A stretch of 64,000 nucleotides of DNA, from NCBI GenBank assembly GCA_963755915.1, contig CAVWLP010000002.1:2720001-2784000 (forward strand). Reading direction: 5' to 3'. The stretch comes from an uncultured Phycisphaerales bacterium (GTDB lineage: Bacteria > Planctomycetota > Phycisphaerae > Tepidisphaerales > Tepidisphaeraceae). Position 1 is the stretch's first letter. Every line of letters starts with the position of its first letter. Below are positions 10,389 to 23,378 of this stretch, in pieces. The position numbers were made by a program, and so were the translations under genes. The notes beneath the pieces are model-generated. The model saw only the letters and a list, made by a program, of their open reading frames with translations. It was not told the origin of the DNA and did not search any database.

Positions 10389-12745
10389 ATGAGAATCTTC
10401 GCGCAATTGGCAAGAATCGCAATATTGATGGTGGTCGCGGGATGCGTTTCCAGCCGGCCGAGGACTATTGAATCGCTCGACAGTCACTGGCGATTTTTGC
10501 GAAGCGACAGCCCCGGCGCCGAATCTGCTTCATTTGACGATTCGCAATGGCGCGTGCTCGATGTTCCCCACGACTGGAGCATCGAGGGTCCGCGGGATCC
10601 GAAAGAGCCGGCCGGCGCCGCCGGCGGGTTTTTCCCCACGGGCATCGGCTGGTATCGAAAACATTTCACGCTCCCCGCGGCCGAACAGGGCAGGCGCGCC
10701 TTCGTCGAATTCGACGGCGTGATGGCCAACAGCGACGTCTGGATCAACGGACATCACCTCGGTCATCGCCCGTACGGATACGTCAGTTTTGAGTACGAAA
10801 TCAGCGATTTCCTGCATTTTGGAGGGCAGGAGAACGTCCTGGCGGTCCGCGCCGACAACTCCCTCCAGCCCGCCTCGCGCTGGTACGCGGGGGCGGGGAT
10901 TTACCGGCATGTGCGAATGATTCTGGTCGACCCGCTCTACATTCAGACCTGGTCGACGTTCGTCACGACGCCCATTGTCGATGCGAGCGGCGCGGTTGTC
11001 CGCGTGCGGAGCACGATCGTAAACGCCGGCGTCGAGCCGCACAGCGCTCGGCTGCGGGTGGAGCTTCTCGATCCGCGCGGTGAAAAGGCGGGAAATGCCG
11101 AATCCGCGGAGCAAACAATTCCTCCCGATGCTTCCTGCGATTTCACCGTAGATATTACCGTGCCCAGCCCGCAATTGTGGGATACCGAGCATCCGAATCT
11201 TTATCAGGCGGTCTCCGGGATCGATATCCGACGGCAGATTATAGACGACAAAAAGACAACTTTTGGAATTCGCCAAATTGAGTTCAAACCCGACACCGGC
11301 TTCTGGCTGAACGGAAAAAATCTCAAGCTCAAAGGCGTTTGCCTGCATAACGACATGGGAGGACTTGGGACCGCCGTCCCCCTGGGCACCTGGGTAGACC
11401 GGCTTATGGCCCTGAAGCGCCTGGGGTGCAACGCCATCCGAACCGCCCACAATCCGCCCTCGCCGGAGTTTCTTGACCTGTGCGACCGCATGGGCTTCCT
11501 GGTGATGGACGAAATGTTCGATTGCTGGACGATCGGCAAGAATCCGTACGATTACAGCCGCTATTTCCGCGCCTGGGCCCTGACCGACCTGCGCGACGCC
11601 GTGCGCCGCGACCGTAACCATCCCAGCATCATCCTCTACAGCGCCGGCAACGAAATCCGCGACACGCGAAACGCCGCCGCGGCGAAGAAAACCCTCTCGT
11701 CGCTGGTCGATGCGTTTCACGAAACCGATCCCACGCGGCCGGTCACGCAGGCATTGCTGAGGCCCAACGTCACGCACGATTACACCGACGGCCTGGCCGA
11801 CCTGCTCGACGTGGTGGGAACGAATTATCGCGAGAGCGAGCTGCTGGCCGCCCATGAGGCGGTCCCCGCGCGGAAAATCGTCGGCACCGAGGATTCGCGC
11901 GAGCTAAGGTCCTGGCTGGCCATGCGCGACAACCCGCCGTTTTCTGGCGAATTCATCTGGGCCGGCGCCGATTATCTGGGAGAGGGCAACAAGTGGCCTC
12001 AGCTTGGAAAAGAAAATGGCCTGCTCGACATCATCAACGAACCGCGCCCGATCGCGTTTCAACTGCAAAGCTGGTGGACTGCGTCGCCGATGGTCTATAT
12101 GGCCCGCGACGGCGGCCTGGTTCCGACCGGAAATCCGCCCGGCGAGCAGCAAACCCGGCCCGTGCAGTATCCCGACTGGACCCCGGCCAACCTCCGGCCG
12201 CACCGAGAGACCATCCTGGTTTTCAGCAATTGCCAGAGCGTGGAGCTGATTCTCAACGGCAAATCGCTGGGTTCGAAGGATCGTCCCACCGACGATTCGC
12301 CGCGAAGCTGGACGTTGCAATTCGTTCCCGGAACGCTGATCGCCCTGGCGCCAACGGCGGCCGCATCGTCGCGCACGACCGGATGCAAACCGCGGGCAAA
12401 CCCGCCGGCATCGTCCTAACGGCCGATGGGCCTCGGTTCGCGGCCGATTGGGACGGCGTCTGTTTCGTGCGGGCAACCGTCGTCGATGCCAATGGCATCC
12501 GAGTGCCCCGGGCGGGCAATACGCTGGAATTTTCCGTGACCGGCCCCGGCACGATCGCCGCCACCGAAAATGGCGATCGTTATGACGCGGAACCGTTCCA
12601 ATCCGCCCGCCACGACGCCTACGACGGCCGTTGCGTGGCGATCGTCAAGGCGGCCGATTCCAATGGCGGAGAGATCATCGTCAGCGCCCGCTGTGGCGGG
12701 CTGGCGGAGGTGTCGGTCCGACTTGAGGCGGTGCGAGCGAAGTAG
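10389..12745 (+). CDS. GH2 beta-galactosidase-like lipoprotein (frameshift near 12350)
   Basis: Lipobox VVAGC; VPHDWSIE, SRWYAGAGIYRHV, KGVCLH.D, NAIRTAHNP, RDRNHPSII..S.GNE; Ig-like C-terminus continues in ORF ending at 12745. Confidence 0.92.
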
Positions 12746-12747
12746 CC

Positions 12748-12777
12748 AAAAAAAAGCCCGCGGCAATCGCCGCGGAC
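12748..12777 (-). terminator. Intrinsic terminator between convergent GH2 and PEP-CTERM genes
   Basis: CCGCGGC-AATC-GCCGCGG hairpin next to A8 (U-tract on the minus strand). Confidence 0.7.
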
Positions 12778-12799
12778 TGAATTTCAAGGTCAAACCCAA

Positions 12800-15700
12800 T
12801 CAGGCTTTTCGCCGGCGACGTGCCAGCAAGCCGGTCGCGCCCATCGCCAGCAGCCCAAGCGTGGCCGGTTCCGGCACGGCGGCGATCGTCGGCGCGGGTA
12901 GCCCGTTGGCGGCCGCGAAGGCGTCGAGCGCCTGCACGTCTGCCGGCGTGACCGTCACGGCAGCGCCGCTGTCTCCCTGGCCGAAGTTGGCCGCCAAGGC
13001 GCTGAAGTCCGAACCGTTGACCGACGAGCTATACAGGAAGTTCCCCTGGTCCCAGTTGGTGAGGCCGAGGCCGAAGTTGGCGGCCAGGATCGAGAAGTCG
13101 GAGCCGTTGACGGTGCCGTCGAGATTGGCGTCGCCAAGCAGCGTGTACTTCAGTTCGATCTCGCCGCTGCTGAGGCCGGCGACGGCGCCGGTCTTGTCGT
13201 TTCCGTCGGCCCAGCCGATGCCGTATTTCAAGTTATTGGTGAGCGTCTGGGCAGTGCTGGAAATAATTCCGGTGGTTCCGTTCCAGCCACCGTTGTTGAA
13301 GCCGGCCTTGAGGTAGCCAAGAATCGTGCCGATCGGATCACTGCTGCCGTAGTCGATGAAGAGATGGTTGTTGGTGATGTCCAACACGCTGCCCGAGGCA
13401 ATCGTCAGCGAGGTGATGTTGATGTTGCTGAGGTCATGGGTGGCGTTGTTTGCAACCCAGCCACTGCCAGCCGAGGTGTTGCTGGCGAAGACGACGTTGC
13501 CGCCGTTGATGGCCAGGCTGCTGGTGGTGAGGCCGACGCCGAGGGTAAGGGTGCTGGTGTTGCTCTTGGTGAATCCGCCGGTGGCGACAATCAGGCCGCC
13601 GCCGGTGATGGAGTAATTGCCGGAGCTGTTGACCGTGACCGAAGCGGGGCTGACGGTGCTGGCCAGGGTCACGAAGTAGTGACCGGCGTTGGTGTCGTTG
13701 AAGGTGACGGCGTCGCCATTGGCATAGGTCGTCGCGGCTGAGCCGTTGTTCCAGTTCTGGTTGCTGGTATCCCACGTGGTGCCATTGCCACTGCCGCCGG
13801 CATTATCCCAGAAGACCGCCGTCGGCCCGGCGGCAACCACCAGGTCGATGAATCCACTCTGCACGGTCGTGCTGAGAGAAACGGTGAAGCCTGGCACGGA
13901 AGGTAACGTGAAGTTGGAAAGGGTCGGGCTGGTAGCGCCGTTCAGATCGAACAACTCATAGTCGCCCGCCTGCGTCGGACCAGTGCTGAACTCGATCGGC
14001 GTTCCGGCGCTGGCCGAGAACGAGCCACCGCCACTGATAATGATCAGATCTCCGTTGTCGCCGCCGAGCTCTGGCGTGCCCAGATCGAAATCGAACGCCA
14101 TGTTGCTGTTGGCGGCGAGTCCGCCGACGGTCAACGTGCCGACCGGTCCGATTCCACCAGGCGCCACGGTGCTGGCGCCCGATCCGGCCTTGACGATTCC
14201 GGAGATAGTGCCGTTGCCTGCATTGGGAGCGGCCGCGGTGACGTAGTCGATGGATGTGTCCGTGCCGGGGTTGATCGGCAAAGCCAGTTCGGTCAATAAG
14301 GTCGAATTAGCGCTGGCGAGCACGCCGCCGTTGAGGGTTACCGTGCCCGAGCTCGTCGCCGAGCCCGAGTTGTTGGCGATGACGAGGGTACCGGCGTTCA
14401 GCGTGGTATTGCCGCCGTAGTTATTGAAGTTGGCAAGGACCGTGGTGCCGGTGCCGGTGTAGGTCACCGTATCGGCAGCACCACCGCCGCCGTCGGACAT
14501 GTTCTGGGCGAGGGTGATGTTGAACCCGCCGTTGTTGACGGTCAAGCCGCCGGAGCCGACGACAAAGCTGAACTCATTGGTGATGTTGAGATTCGGATTC
14601 GAAAAATAGGGCATGAAGGGCGTGTAGCTCACGGTGCCGGTGGAAACGTAGACGTCGCTTGCGCCTGCGGTAATCGTGCCGCCGTTGACGGTCAGGGCGG
14701 TGCCCGAGGCTCCGCTGTTGTTGGAGAAGGTAAAGCTGTTGGCCGTCAGCGTGGGGCCTGCCGAAGAGGTTCCATTCAGCGTGACGCTGGTTCCGGTACC
14801 CGAGGTGGTGGTGGAATCGTTGTTCAACTCGAAGTTTCCGCCGGCCGTCATGGTGCTGGTGCCGTTGAGGGTGACGTTGATGTTGACGTCGTCGTCGGCG
14901 GCATTGCCGACGCCGAGCGTGATTCCATCCACACTGCTGACGTTCGCAGTGTTGTTCAGCGTGAGGTTGAGGGTGGAGGTGCCGTTATACCGGCCGATCA
15001 GGAAGGCGGACGCGGTGTCACCGCTTGCGATCGACCCGGTTCCCGAAACCACCACGTTTCCGCGGGTGAAAATGTAGACCTGTGAAGCGGTGCCCGTGGA
15101 AGTGCCGGTGAGGTTCAGGGTGGAGCTGGTGTTGCTGGTTCCGGCGCGGAACTGTCCGCTGCCGGTCACGGAGATCGTGCCGCTCAGAGTTCCAGATCCA
15201 CCGGCGGCGACGTCTTCAAATTCGGCGGAGCCCGCACCATCGGTGATCGCGTTGGAAAGGGTCACGCCATTGCCCAGCAGGAGTCCCTGGGTGGTGTTGT
15301 CCGTGATGGTGCCGCTACCGACGCCATTGGTTTGATTGACGATGACCTGACCACCAGTGATCGTCAGTCCGCCCGAGAATGTGTTGAGGCCGCTGAGCGT
15401 TTCAGTGCCAGTGCCGCTCTTGACGACCGACATGGTGCTGCTGTTGGAGTTCTGGATGACTCCGCTGAAGGCGTTGCTGTTGTTGTCGCTGCCAAAGCTG
15501 AGCGTATTGACGGCCGAGGGGGCGTTGACGTTGTCGATCACGCCGCCTCCCGACAGGCCGCCGAAGGTGGCGTTGTTGCCGTTGAGGTCGAGCTTTGTCG
15601 AGCTGCCCATCGTCAGGTCGCCGGTGCTGTTCATGGTGGCGCCGGTGGCCAGTTGAATTTCGCCGTTGGTGAGAGCGACCGTGCTGGCGCTGTTGGCTCC

Positions 15701-18700
15701 GTTGAGGGCGAGGGTTCCGGTGCCGAGCTGGGTGAGGCTGCCGGTTCCGGACACCCCGATGGACTGATTCGTGCTGGTGTCCATGATCAGCGCCGGTATT
15801 TGGGATGATGGCGGTGCTGGTTCCCAGCGACCCACTGGCGCTGCCCGTGCCCACTTGCAGCGTTCCACCGCTGAGGGAAGTGGGGCCGCCATAGCTGTTA
15901 TTGGCGGTGAGCAGCACGGTTCCCGCGCCACCGCTGTTGACGCTCAGGCCGCCGCTGCCGCTCATCGCGCCGCCGATTGTCAGCGTGCTGCCGGAATTCA
16001 TCACTGTTACCGACGCATTGCTGGTCAGGTTTATGGGGACGTTGATGGTGTGAGAGCCCTCACTGTCGGTCACCAGCGCCGAGGCGGTGCCGTTGTTCTG
16101 GAGGGTGAGGGTGCTGCTATTCGCCTGGCTGATGGTGTATGAGAAGGCGTTGGCGAAGGACATCGATCCGACGGTTTCGTTGGCGTTAAGCGTGACGGTC
16201 GAATTGGCGGTGATGCTGCTGCCGAACGTCACTGAACTTCCCACCGCGTTGGGAATGCCGTTGGGATTCCAGTTGCCGGCCAATGCCCAGACCCCGCCGC
16301 CGGTGAGGGCCCAAACCGAAGCGGTGCTGCCGCCGGTGATCGTCAGGTCGATTACGCCGCCATTGTCAGTGAAGGCATAATTGGTCGCGCCGCCGGGACC
16401 GTTTGGCACCGACAGGTTGGAGAGCCCACTAACCGTTCCCGTCACATCCATGATGGCATAGGTGCCGTTCTGGGTGAAGACGTTGCCGGTGCCATCGACA
16501 TAGGCATCGAGACCTGCGCCGCTGGCGATCGTGAGATTGCCGTTGACGTCGATGAAGCTGTTCGCGCCGAACCGAACGCGTAGTTCAGGATCGAGCCGGA
16601 TTTGAGGCCCAGGGACCCGATGCCCAACGTCCCGACAACCGGGCCGTTGGCGATGGGATCGCCCGGGGTGAGGAAGCCGCCGGAATTAACGGTGACTGCG
16701 TTGGGCAGCGAGGTTCCAACGCCGGCGAGAGTCCCACCGCTGTTGACGATGATGGCTCCCAGGCCCGCCGGCCCGGCGGTCGCCGATCCTGCCACATCCA
16801 ATCGGAGCGTTCCGTAGTTGACGTTTGTCTGACCGGTGTAAGAGTTGGTTGCGCTGCTCAAAATAACAACGCCATTGCCGTTCGTGGAGACGTTTGGGGC
16901 AATGGTGCCGTTTGTGGGATTGGCTTCGTTGGTAAGAAAACTTCCATAGCCGATGTTCAGGGGACCGCTGCCGGTGATAGCTCCATCAATCGTGAGAGTA
17001 TTTCCCCCAGAAGCGACGAGACCGCCTCCTTCGGCGCCGAGGCTGACAGGCCTGGGTGCACCGCTGTCGATATTTCCCGTGTAATCGGCGACGAGGGTTC
17101 CACCGTTCAGGAAGACGTTCGCGACCGTCGACGATTGGGCGAAGGCAGTGCTGTAAGTTCCCAGGGCCGTACCTTGGGCATAGTTACCGAGAATCGTCAA
17201 ACCGCCGTAAAGATTTATCGGAAGGTCGATGGTGTTGTTGGGCCCAGCGGCTTGGGCGTTGAGTTCAACGGTACCGGGTCCGGCCTGCGCGTAGCCGCCG
17301 GATCCAGCGCCGGACGTTCGAAGTCCGCTGTTGAAAATCAGCGCTCCCTGAGTGTTATATTGATAAACGGTGATATCTCGTGTGCTTTCGGTTCCGCCCA
17401 CTGTTGCAAAGGCGGAAGTGAGCATCGCAGATCCCGCGTCATCGGCGAACACAACATTGTTCGCACCAACATTTGGAGTGATAAGGATGGCGCCCGGTTC
17501 GATTGCCTTGCCAGTCTTGGTAATGAACTGGTCCATGTTGTTGCCGTCAAACGTGTATTGCCCGCCTAGCGGGGTATTAAAGCGCAGGCTCGTCATGGTG
17601 GAGGTTCCGCTAATGCGGACTTCACCCGCGACGGAGGGCATGTCCTGATTGCCACCGGTTATCGTTTGCGAAGCATTTTGGGGAATGGCGGTATAGAAGC
17701 CGGAAATCGTGGAGCCTCCGACGACGGCGCCATTGGAGGCCACCGCCGCAAAGTCGACGACATGATTGGGATTTCCGGGCTCACCAACAACGGCAAACGG
17801 CACCGCGCTAGCGCTGTCGACCAGAATACCGCCGGAACCCACATTGGTGCTGCCAACGGTGATCGACGCCGTTGCGGCGATCGGACTGGCACTGCCGGTG
17901 TTGAGCCCGTCGCCAGTGGTGGCCGGGCCCACGAAATCGATCAGGCCGCCCGCGTTGGTGCTGGCGGTGTCCACCGAGATCGTGCCCAGGTTCAGGGTCG
18001 GAATTACCGAACCATTCTGGTTCACCTGCACGACCGTCATGCCTTCGGAGGCGATCAGCGAGGTAGCCGCGAAAGTTTGTGCGTTGGCCGTGGCGCCGGA
18101 GGCACTGTTCATCAGCAGCGTTCCACCGCCCAGGCGCAGGCCGCTGAGTGAAGAGGAAATGATGTTCGAAGCCGGGGCGCCCGCCGCGGCGAAGTTCAGT
18201 TCGAGTGTGCCGCTGTCGACGGTGGCGGTGCCGCCGAGGCTTGCCGTCGAGTTGATGATGGTGGTTCCCGAGCCAAGTTGAGCGATTGATCCGGTGTTAC
18301 TGTTGTCGTTAATGGCGCTGTTGACGTTGGTAGTGCCTGAGCCGCTGAAGCTGAGCGTGACGCTGGCCGCCCCAAAGCCCACGCCGTCGTTGATGTTCAG
18401 TGACTGCGGGGCGCCGACGGTGAAGGTGTTGTTTTGGGTCATCGCCAGCGGATCGTTGATCGTGAGGTTCTGATTGCCGGAGACGCTGATGCCCGAACCG
18501 TCGAGGGTGAGCGTGTTGGAGTCATCGGTGCTGTTTCCGATGACCACCGCCGCGCCGGGGTTAATAACCGAGATGCCTTCCCACGCGGTGCTTGCGCCGA
18601 GCGTGAAGGTCGTGGTGGAACTCAGGTTCGCGTTGCTGTCCCATTGGGCGATGTCGGTGGAGCTGGGCACATCGACGCCGGTGTTGGCAGGAACCGTTTC

Positions 18701-18877
18701 GTCGATCCAAGACGAGGCGACGTCCAAAACCGTATTGCCGTTGTTACCGTAGGTGTCCGCCCTGGACACCGCGGCGAATGCAACCAGGCTGGTTGCCGCG
18801 GACAGGGCCGCGAGCGTGCGCTGATTCTTTGAACTCGTAAAAGACGAATACTTCCGCGCGGAACGATTGCCGTTCAT
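12800..18877 (-). CDS. ~2000-aa surface protein: autotransporter-associated beta-strand repeats, dockerin-like domain, PEP-CTERM anchor (frameshifts near 16570 and 15800)
   Basis: Signal peptide; repeated G.GT..L...N.Y.G.T motifs; LLGDANLDGTVNGSDF..LAANFG; terminal VPEPATLGLLAMGATGLLARRRRKA. Confidence 0.9.
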
Positions 18878-19319
18878 CACAGACCCTCCGGGCTGGGGTG
18901 CGCAGAGCACAAGCCGCGCACCGCGGTTAGATTGTGGAAAAACTAGAAACGCCTCCGAACTTCACGCTTTCGATCGCGGGGAGAATTTGGACATGTACTT
19001 CTCCGCCTGACCTTCACGGAACATACACCAGTTTTCCAGAACGAAAAGAGAATGCTGTCACCGAGATATGAACTTTTGTCACAATTCTCAGAATTCCTAG
19101 CATTAGTTGCGGAAAATCATGATAATTCTTCAGGTTTATCGGACATATCCTCGTCCATTTCGCTCGGCACGCCAGTCCGTGGGAGGAGTTTGCACAATTA
19201 AATGCAACAAAAATGGAAGATCACAGGCAATTGTACCTGCGACCCGGTGGGCTGGCCGCTTTTCGGTGTACTTTGGTGACTCGCGCTATTTTGCGAACCC
19301 GTCAACCGGAATGCCCTAT

Positions 19320-22300
19320 TTATGGGGCCATAATCTCGAGCTTCACAGGCCCGCACAGCCCCGAAGGCAACGGCTCGAACAGTGCCGCCTTTGCGGGGTT
19401 GAACCGCGTCCCATATTCCTCCGAAACGCCCCGGTAGTCGTAATTTGGAAAGCCGTGGCCAGCCAGGTAATTCACAGCGGTATTGCCGACCTCAATTTCA
19501 ATCTGATTGTCGCCCGGCTTTAGCAGGTCTGTCACGTCGAGGCGGTAGGGGGGGCACCAGACGTCCCCGGCCGGCTTCCCGTTGATCGCCACCGTCGCCC
19601 CATCCCGCACCGGGGCGTCATAGTCCGCCTGGAATCCCTGCATTCGCATCGTTGGCATTGGCGAAGGCGATCCGTCGCCAAAATCGAGCACCACCCGCCC
19701 GGCGGCAATCTGATCGGCGCTGATCGTGAAGTGTTTGTCATAAGTCGCCACCCCCGAGAATCCAGCCGTCGCCGGATCATCCGCCCAGGAGTGCAGCGCC
19801 GCTACCGGCTTTGGCTTTCCATTCCCCAGCGCAACTGTCCATCCCGAATCCAGCTCGATTGGCTTCCCCACTGGCTTGCTCGCCGCCGCCGGCGTTTCCA
19901 GCCGATTGCCAAACAATAAAATCGTCGATCCATACGGCGCAAGATCCAGACGCACCGTCGTGTAATTCTCCAGATGTGCCACAATCTCTACCGGCGAAAC
20001 CGTCCCGCTCACCGGATCCATCGCGTCCACCGACATGGCATCGGTCCGGAAATTCGCCGACACGCTCACCGGCGTATTGCCCGTGTTCGCCACGAAATAT
20101 TCCGTCCCCCCCTCAGTGGTTCGATGCACCACGCCAATCTGCGGCGACGCTGGCGTAAACTGCACGTCCGGCCTTACGTGCTTTTGCCCCGCCATCACCT
20201 TTGCAAACTGGCTCTCATCGGCGATGAAAATCCCCGGCGCGTCCTTATCCGTAAACAGCCGGGCAACGATGTTCTTCACCGTCTGCTGATCCGAATCCGT
20301 GGCCAGGTATCCCGGCGCCTTATCCGGCAGCCGGCGGGTCGCGATGATCGTTCCCCCGCGCGACGCAAAATCCTCCAGCTTCTTCAGCGTCGAAACCGGA
20401 ATCCGTTCCACGCCCGGCAGCACCACAATCCTGAACCGAACCCCCGTCGCCCGGCTCCCCCGTCCCTGCGACGCCTGCCCGAAAAACAGCGACCCGTTAT
20501 CCACCCGCCCCCGCGCATTGAGCATCCCATCATCAAAGAAATCCAGGTTATATCCCGCATCCAGAATCTGCCCGATGATCTGATGCCCCACGCAATCCGC
20601 CAGCAGGTCCGTCAGCGCCACCTTCCCCGGCGTGAACCGCGCCCACGCATCGTCGTTCGGCAGATAAAGCGCAACGTCATTCGACGGATATCCTTGCCGC
20701 AGCATAAAGCTGACCCGCTGCATATACCGCGTCACGTCCGGCATGACGATGTTCCACGGATTCTGCGAATTAAAGACGCCCCCGACATAAAAACTCCATC
20801 CCGGAAACGCCACGCCGGGCGGTGTATATGGCCACCCATGACACACAATCTGGTTATTCCCCTGCAAAAAATGCACATCCGCGTTTGCCTTGATATCCAG
20901 CGGCGTGGCCCGGAAAACCAGCGAGTGAATCCACGTAAACGTCTCCGACGAACAGACCGGCACGCCCATCAGATGACACGCCGACGTCGCATATCGCGCC
21001 GCCGCGTAATCGTGCCAGTGATAATCCTCCCCCTCCGGCAGATTCACACCTAGATAGCTATAAAGCCCCGCCGACGGCGTCCCATACGCCTGAAGCCGAA
21101 ACCGCGTGCCGTGCTTGTCCGCAAATGCCCGAAGCTGCTTGACAAAATAATCGTTGAACAATTCCGTGAGCGTCTTTCCCCAGTCATGCCGAACCTCCAG
21201 CGTCTTGGGCCCATCGTCTCCCACCAGCGCCGGCAGGAGCGGCGCCAGGTCATATCCGCGCCGCTTCTTAAACTCCGCCAGAAAATTCGTCGTCCAATCC
21301 TCTCCATAACTCTCCAGGCTGTCGCAGAAAACCGAGTAGGGGACATTCGTCCCGCACGCGTCGACTTCCTTTTCCGCGATGGTCTGTAAAAATTTCTGCA
21401 CCGCCGCGGGCGACTGATGATCCACCACCAACCCCTCCGCCCCATACGCCGGCCGCTTCACCTTCATCCCCGTATGGCTCGCGAGAAAAAACGTCACATC
21501 CGAAACACTCGGCTGCGTGGCCGGCACCTGCGCCGCGCCATCCTTGATCTGAAGCTCCGTTCCACGATTATCAAACGCCGCCATCACCACATCCCCCTCG
21601 CGCAGCTTTGGCGTTATGCTGGTTTCCCCATCCGCCACGGTCACCTTCTGCGTCCGCAACCTCCCCGCCGCATCCTCCACCCCAATCGTCGCCCCCCCAT
21701 ACGGCCAGCCGCTCCCCAGCGTCAGGTCCATCCGCATCCCCAGATCCTTCGCCTTCCCCGCCACAAACCCCAGATCATCCAGAAATTCCGGCGACAGAAA
21801 CTTGATGTTCACCACCCCCGGAATCTCGTTATCCAGTGCCAGCGGATAGACCGGCTGTACCTCAAACCCCCCGAATCCGTTCGCTTTCATCGTCTCGATA
21901 TCCTTCTCCAGCCCCGCCTTCGTCACCGCCGGCCCAAACCACCACCACCGCACGATCGCCCGCGAATCGTCCGGCGGATGGGCAAACGCCGCCGCCAACT
22001 GCTGCGGATCCGCCAGCGCCGCGACCTTGATCGGCGCCGCCCCGTCAAGCCCCGTCCCCGAGACATTCTGCGTGCTCAAATACGGCCCCAAATATCCGCT
22101 GACATTAATATTATTGAGCGTCACATTGCTCGCATTCGCCAGCGTAATCCCTTTCCGGCACCTCCCGCTGATGTTCGACAGCGTCAGCCCGTCGATCCAT
22201 TTCCCCGGCGGCACCCGCCCGCCGTCCACCAGCGTATTGACGTCGACCTTCACGTTGCTGAACGAAATGTCCTTCGCATGTGGCACCCCGGTTTCCCCCG

Positions 22301-23293
22301 CCACCGGATCGATCCCGATGATGCCGGTGTCCCGCAAATCAATCCCCAGAAACGTCCGCGTCGAAGCGTTGAAATTCTCTCCGTGAATATTCTCAAAAAA
22401 TCCCCCGCGCCGATCCGGCCCTTGATGAAAATCGCGTTCTCCCCATCCGTAAAATCGCAGTTCTCAATCTGCACGTCGCGAATCCCCCCCGACATTTCTG
22501 ACCCAATCCCAATCCCCGCAAAATCGCTGGCAAACGTGCAATTTCGGATCAGCACATCCGCCGTCGGCCGCGCCGATTTTACCGCGCTTATTCCCCGCCC
22601 CGACTTCAGCGAAATGCAATCATCCCCGGTATCGATATCGCAATTCTGAATCAGCACATGATCCGTCGAATCCACGTCAATCCCATCCCCGTTCGAAAGC
22701 GTCGTCCGAATCGTCAGGTTTTCCGCCACCACGTTCTGGCAAAACAGCAGGTGAATCGACCAGAGCTTCCGATACCGATCGGTAAAGCCATCGAGCAAAA
22801 CATTTTTGCAATTCGTCAGCTCCACCATCACCGGCCCGCGCGGCGTCCGCAGGTTTCCGATCTTCATGTCCCCCTGAATCGTCCCCGGGCCGATGATCGA
22901 AATATTCTCCGCCCCGTCCGCCCAGATCAGCGCATGATGCCCCGGCACCATTTCCCCCTCGAATCGCACGGTGGTCATCGGATAATCATTCGCATCCGGA
23001 CTCCCGACGATCGTCGCCCCTTTCTCCAGGACCAGCGTCGTATTCGAATGTAGTTGAATGCTCCCCACCAGATATTTCCCCGCCGGCACGTCCACCGTGC
23101 CTCCGAGCGCCCCGCACGCGTCCAGGGCCTTCTGGATCGCGGCTGTGTCGCTGGTTTTCCCATCTCCCGCCGCGCCAAATTGCCGTACATCGTATTTCCC
23201 TGCCGGTTTTGCCGCCTGGTCCGCCCGTACCGACCCGGCAAACCAGGCAACTGCCACGAGAATTGCCGCAAATTTCAGGGGTTTAATTGCCAT
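19320..23293 (-). CDS. GH28 polygalacturonase-like plus GH106 alpha-L-rhamnosidase-like fusion protein (frameshift near 22390)
   Basis: Signal peptide, DVRQFGAAGDGK.SDT.AIQKA, NGDGID, GDDCI, GIGSE (GH28); then PPDDSR..VRWWW.G, GFGGFEVQP, DLTLGSGWPYGG, DSLE and SETFTW (GH106). Confidence 0.85.
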
Positions 23294-23317
23294 TCGTTTT
23301 ATCCTCGCTCCGAATTG

Positions 23318-23327
23318 GGTAATTTCC
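23318..23327. promoter_or_regulatory. Candidate LacI operator GGTAATTTCC (also at 24579, with variants at 25819, 25865, 25949)
   Basis: Near-palindromic 10-mer repeated exactly upstream of both LacI genes; GGTAATT occurs three more times upstream of the pilin gene. Confidence 0.5.
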
Positions 23328-23378
23328 ATAGGGTGGCAATTCATGAAAATTTCGTCAAGTATGATATAATCCCCCGCC

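Noticed and set aside
18878-19319. Riboswitch in the PEP-CTERM leader
   Set aside because: Hairpins are present, but there is no consensus I can recognise
21417-22649. Long antisense or shadow ORFs (also 46855-48081, 7638-8732, 55135-56304)
   Set aside because: Arg/Pro-rich mirror frames of real genes in high-GC DNA
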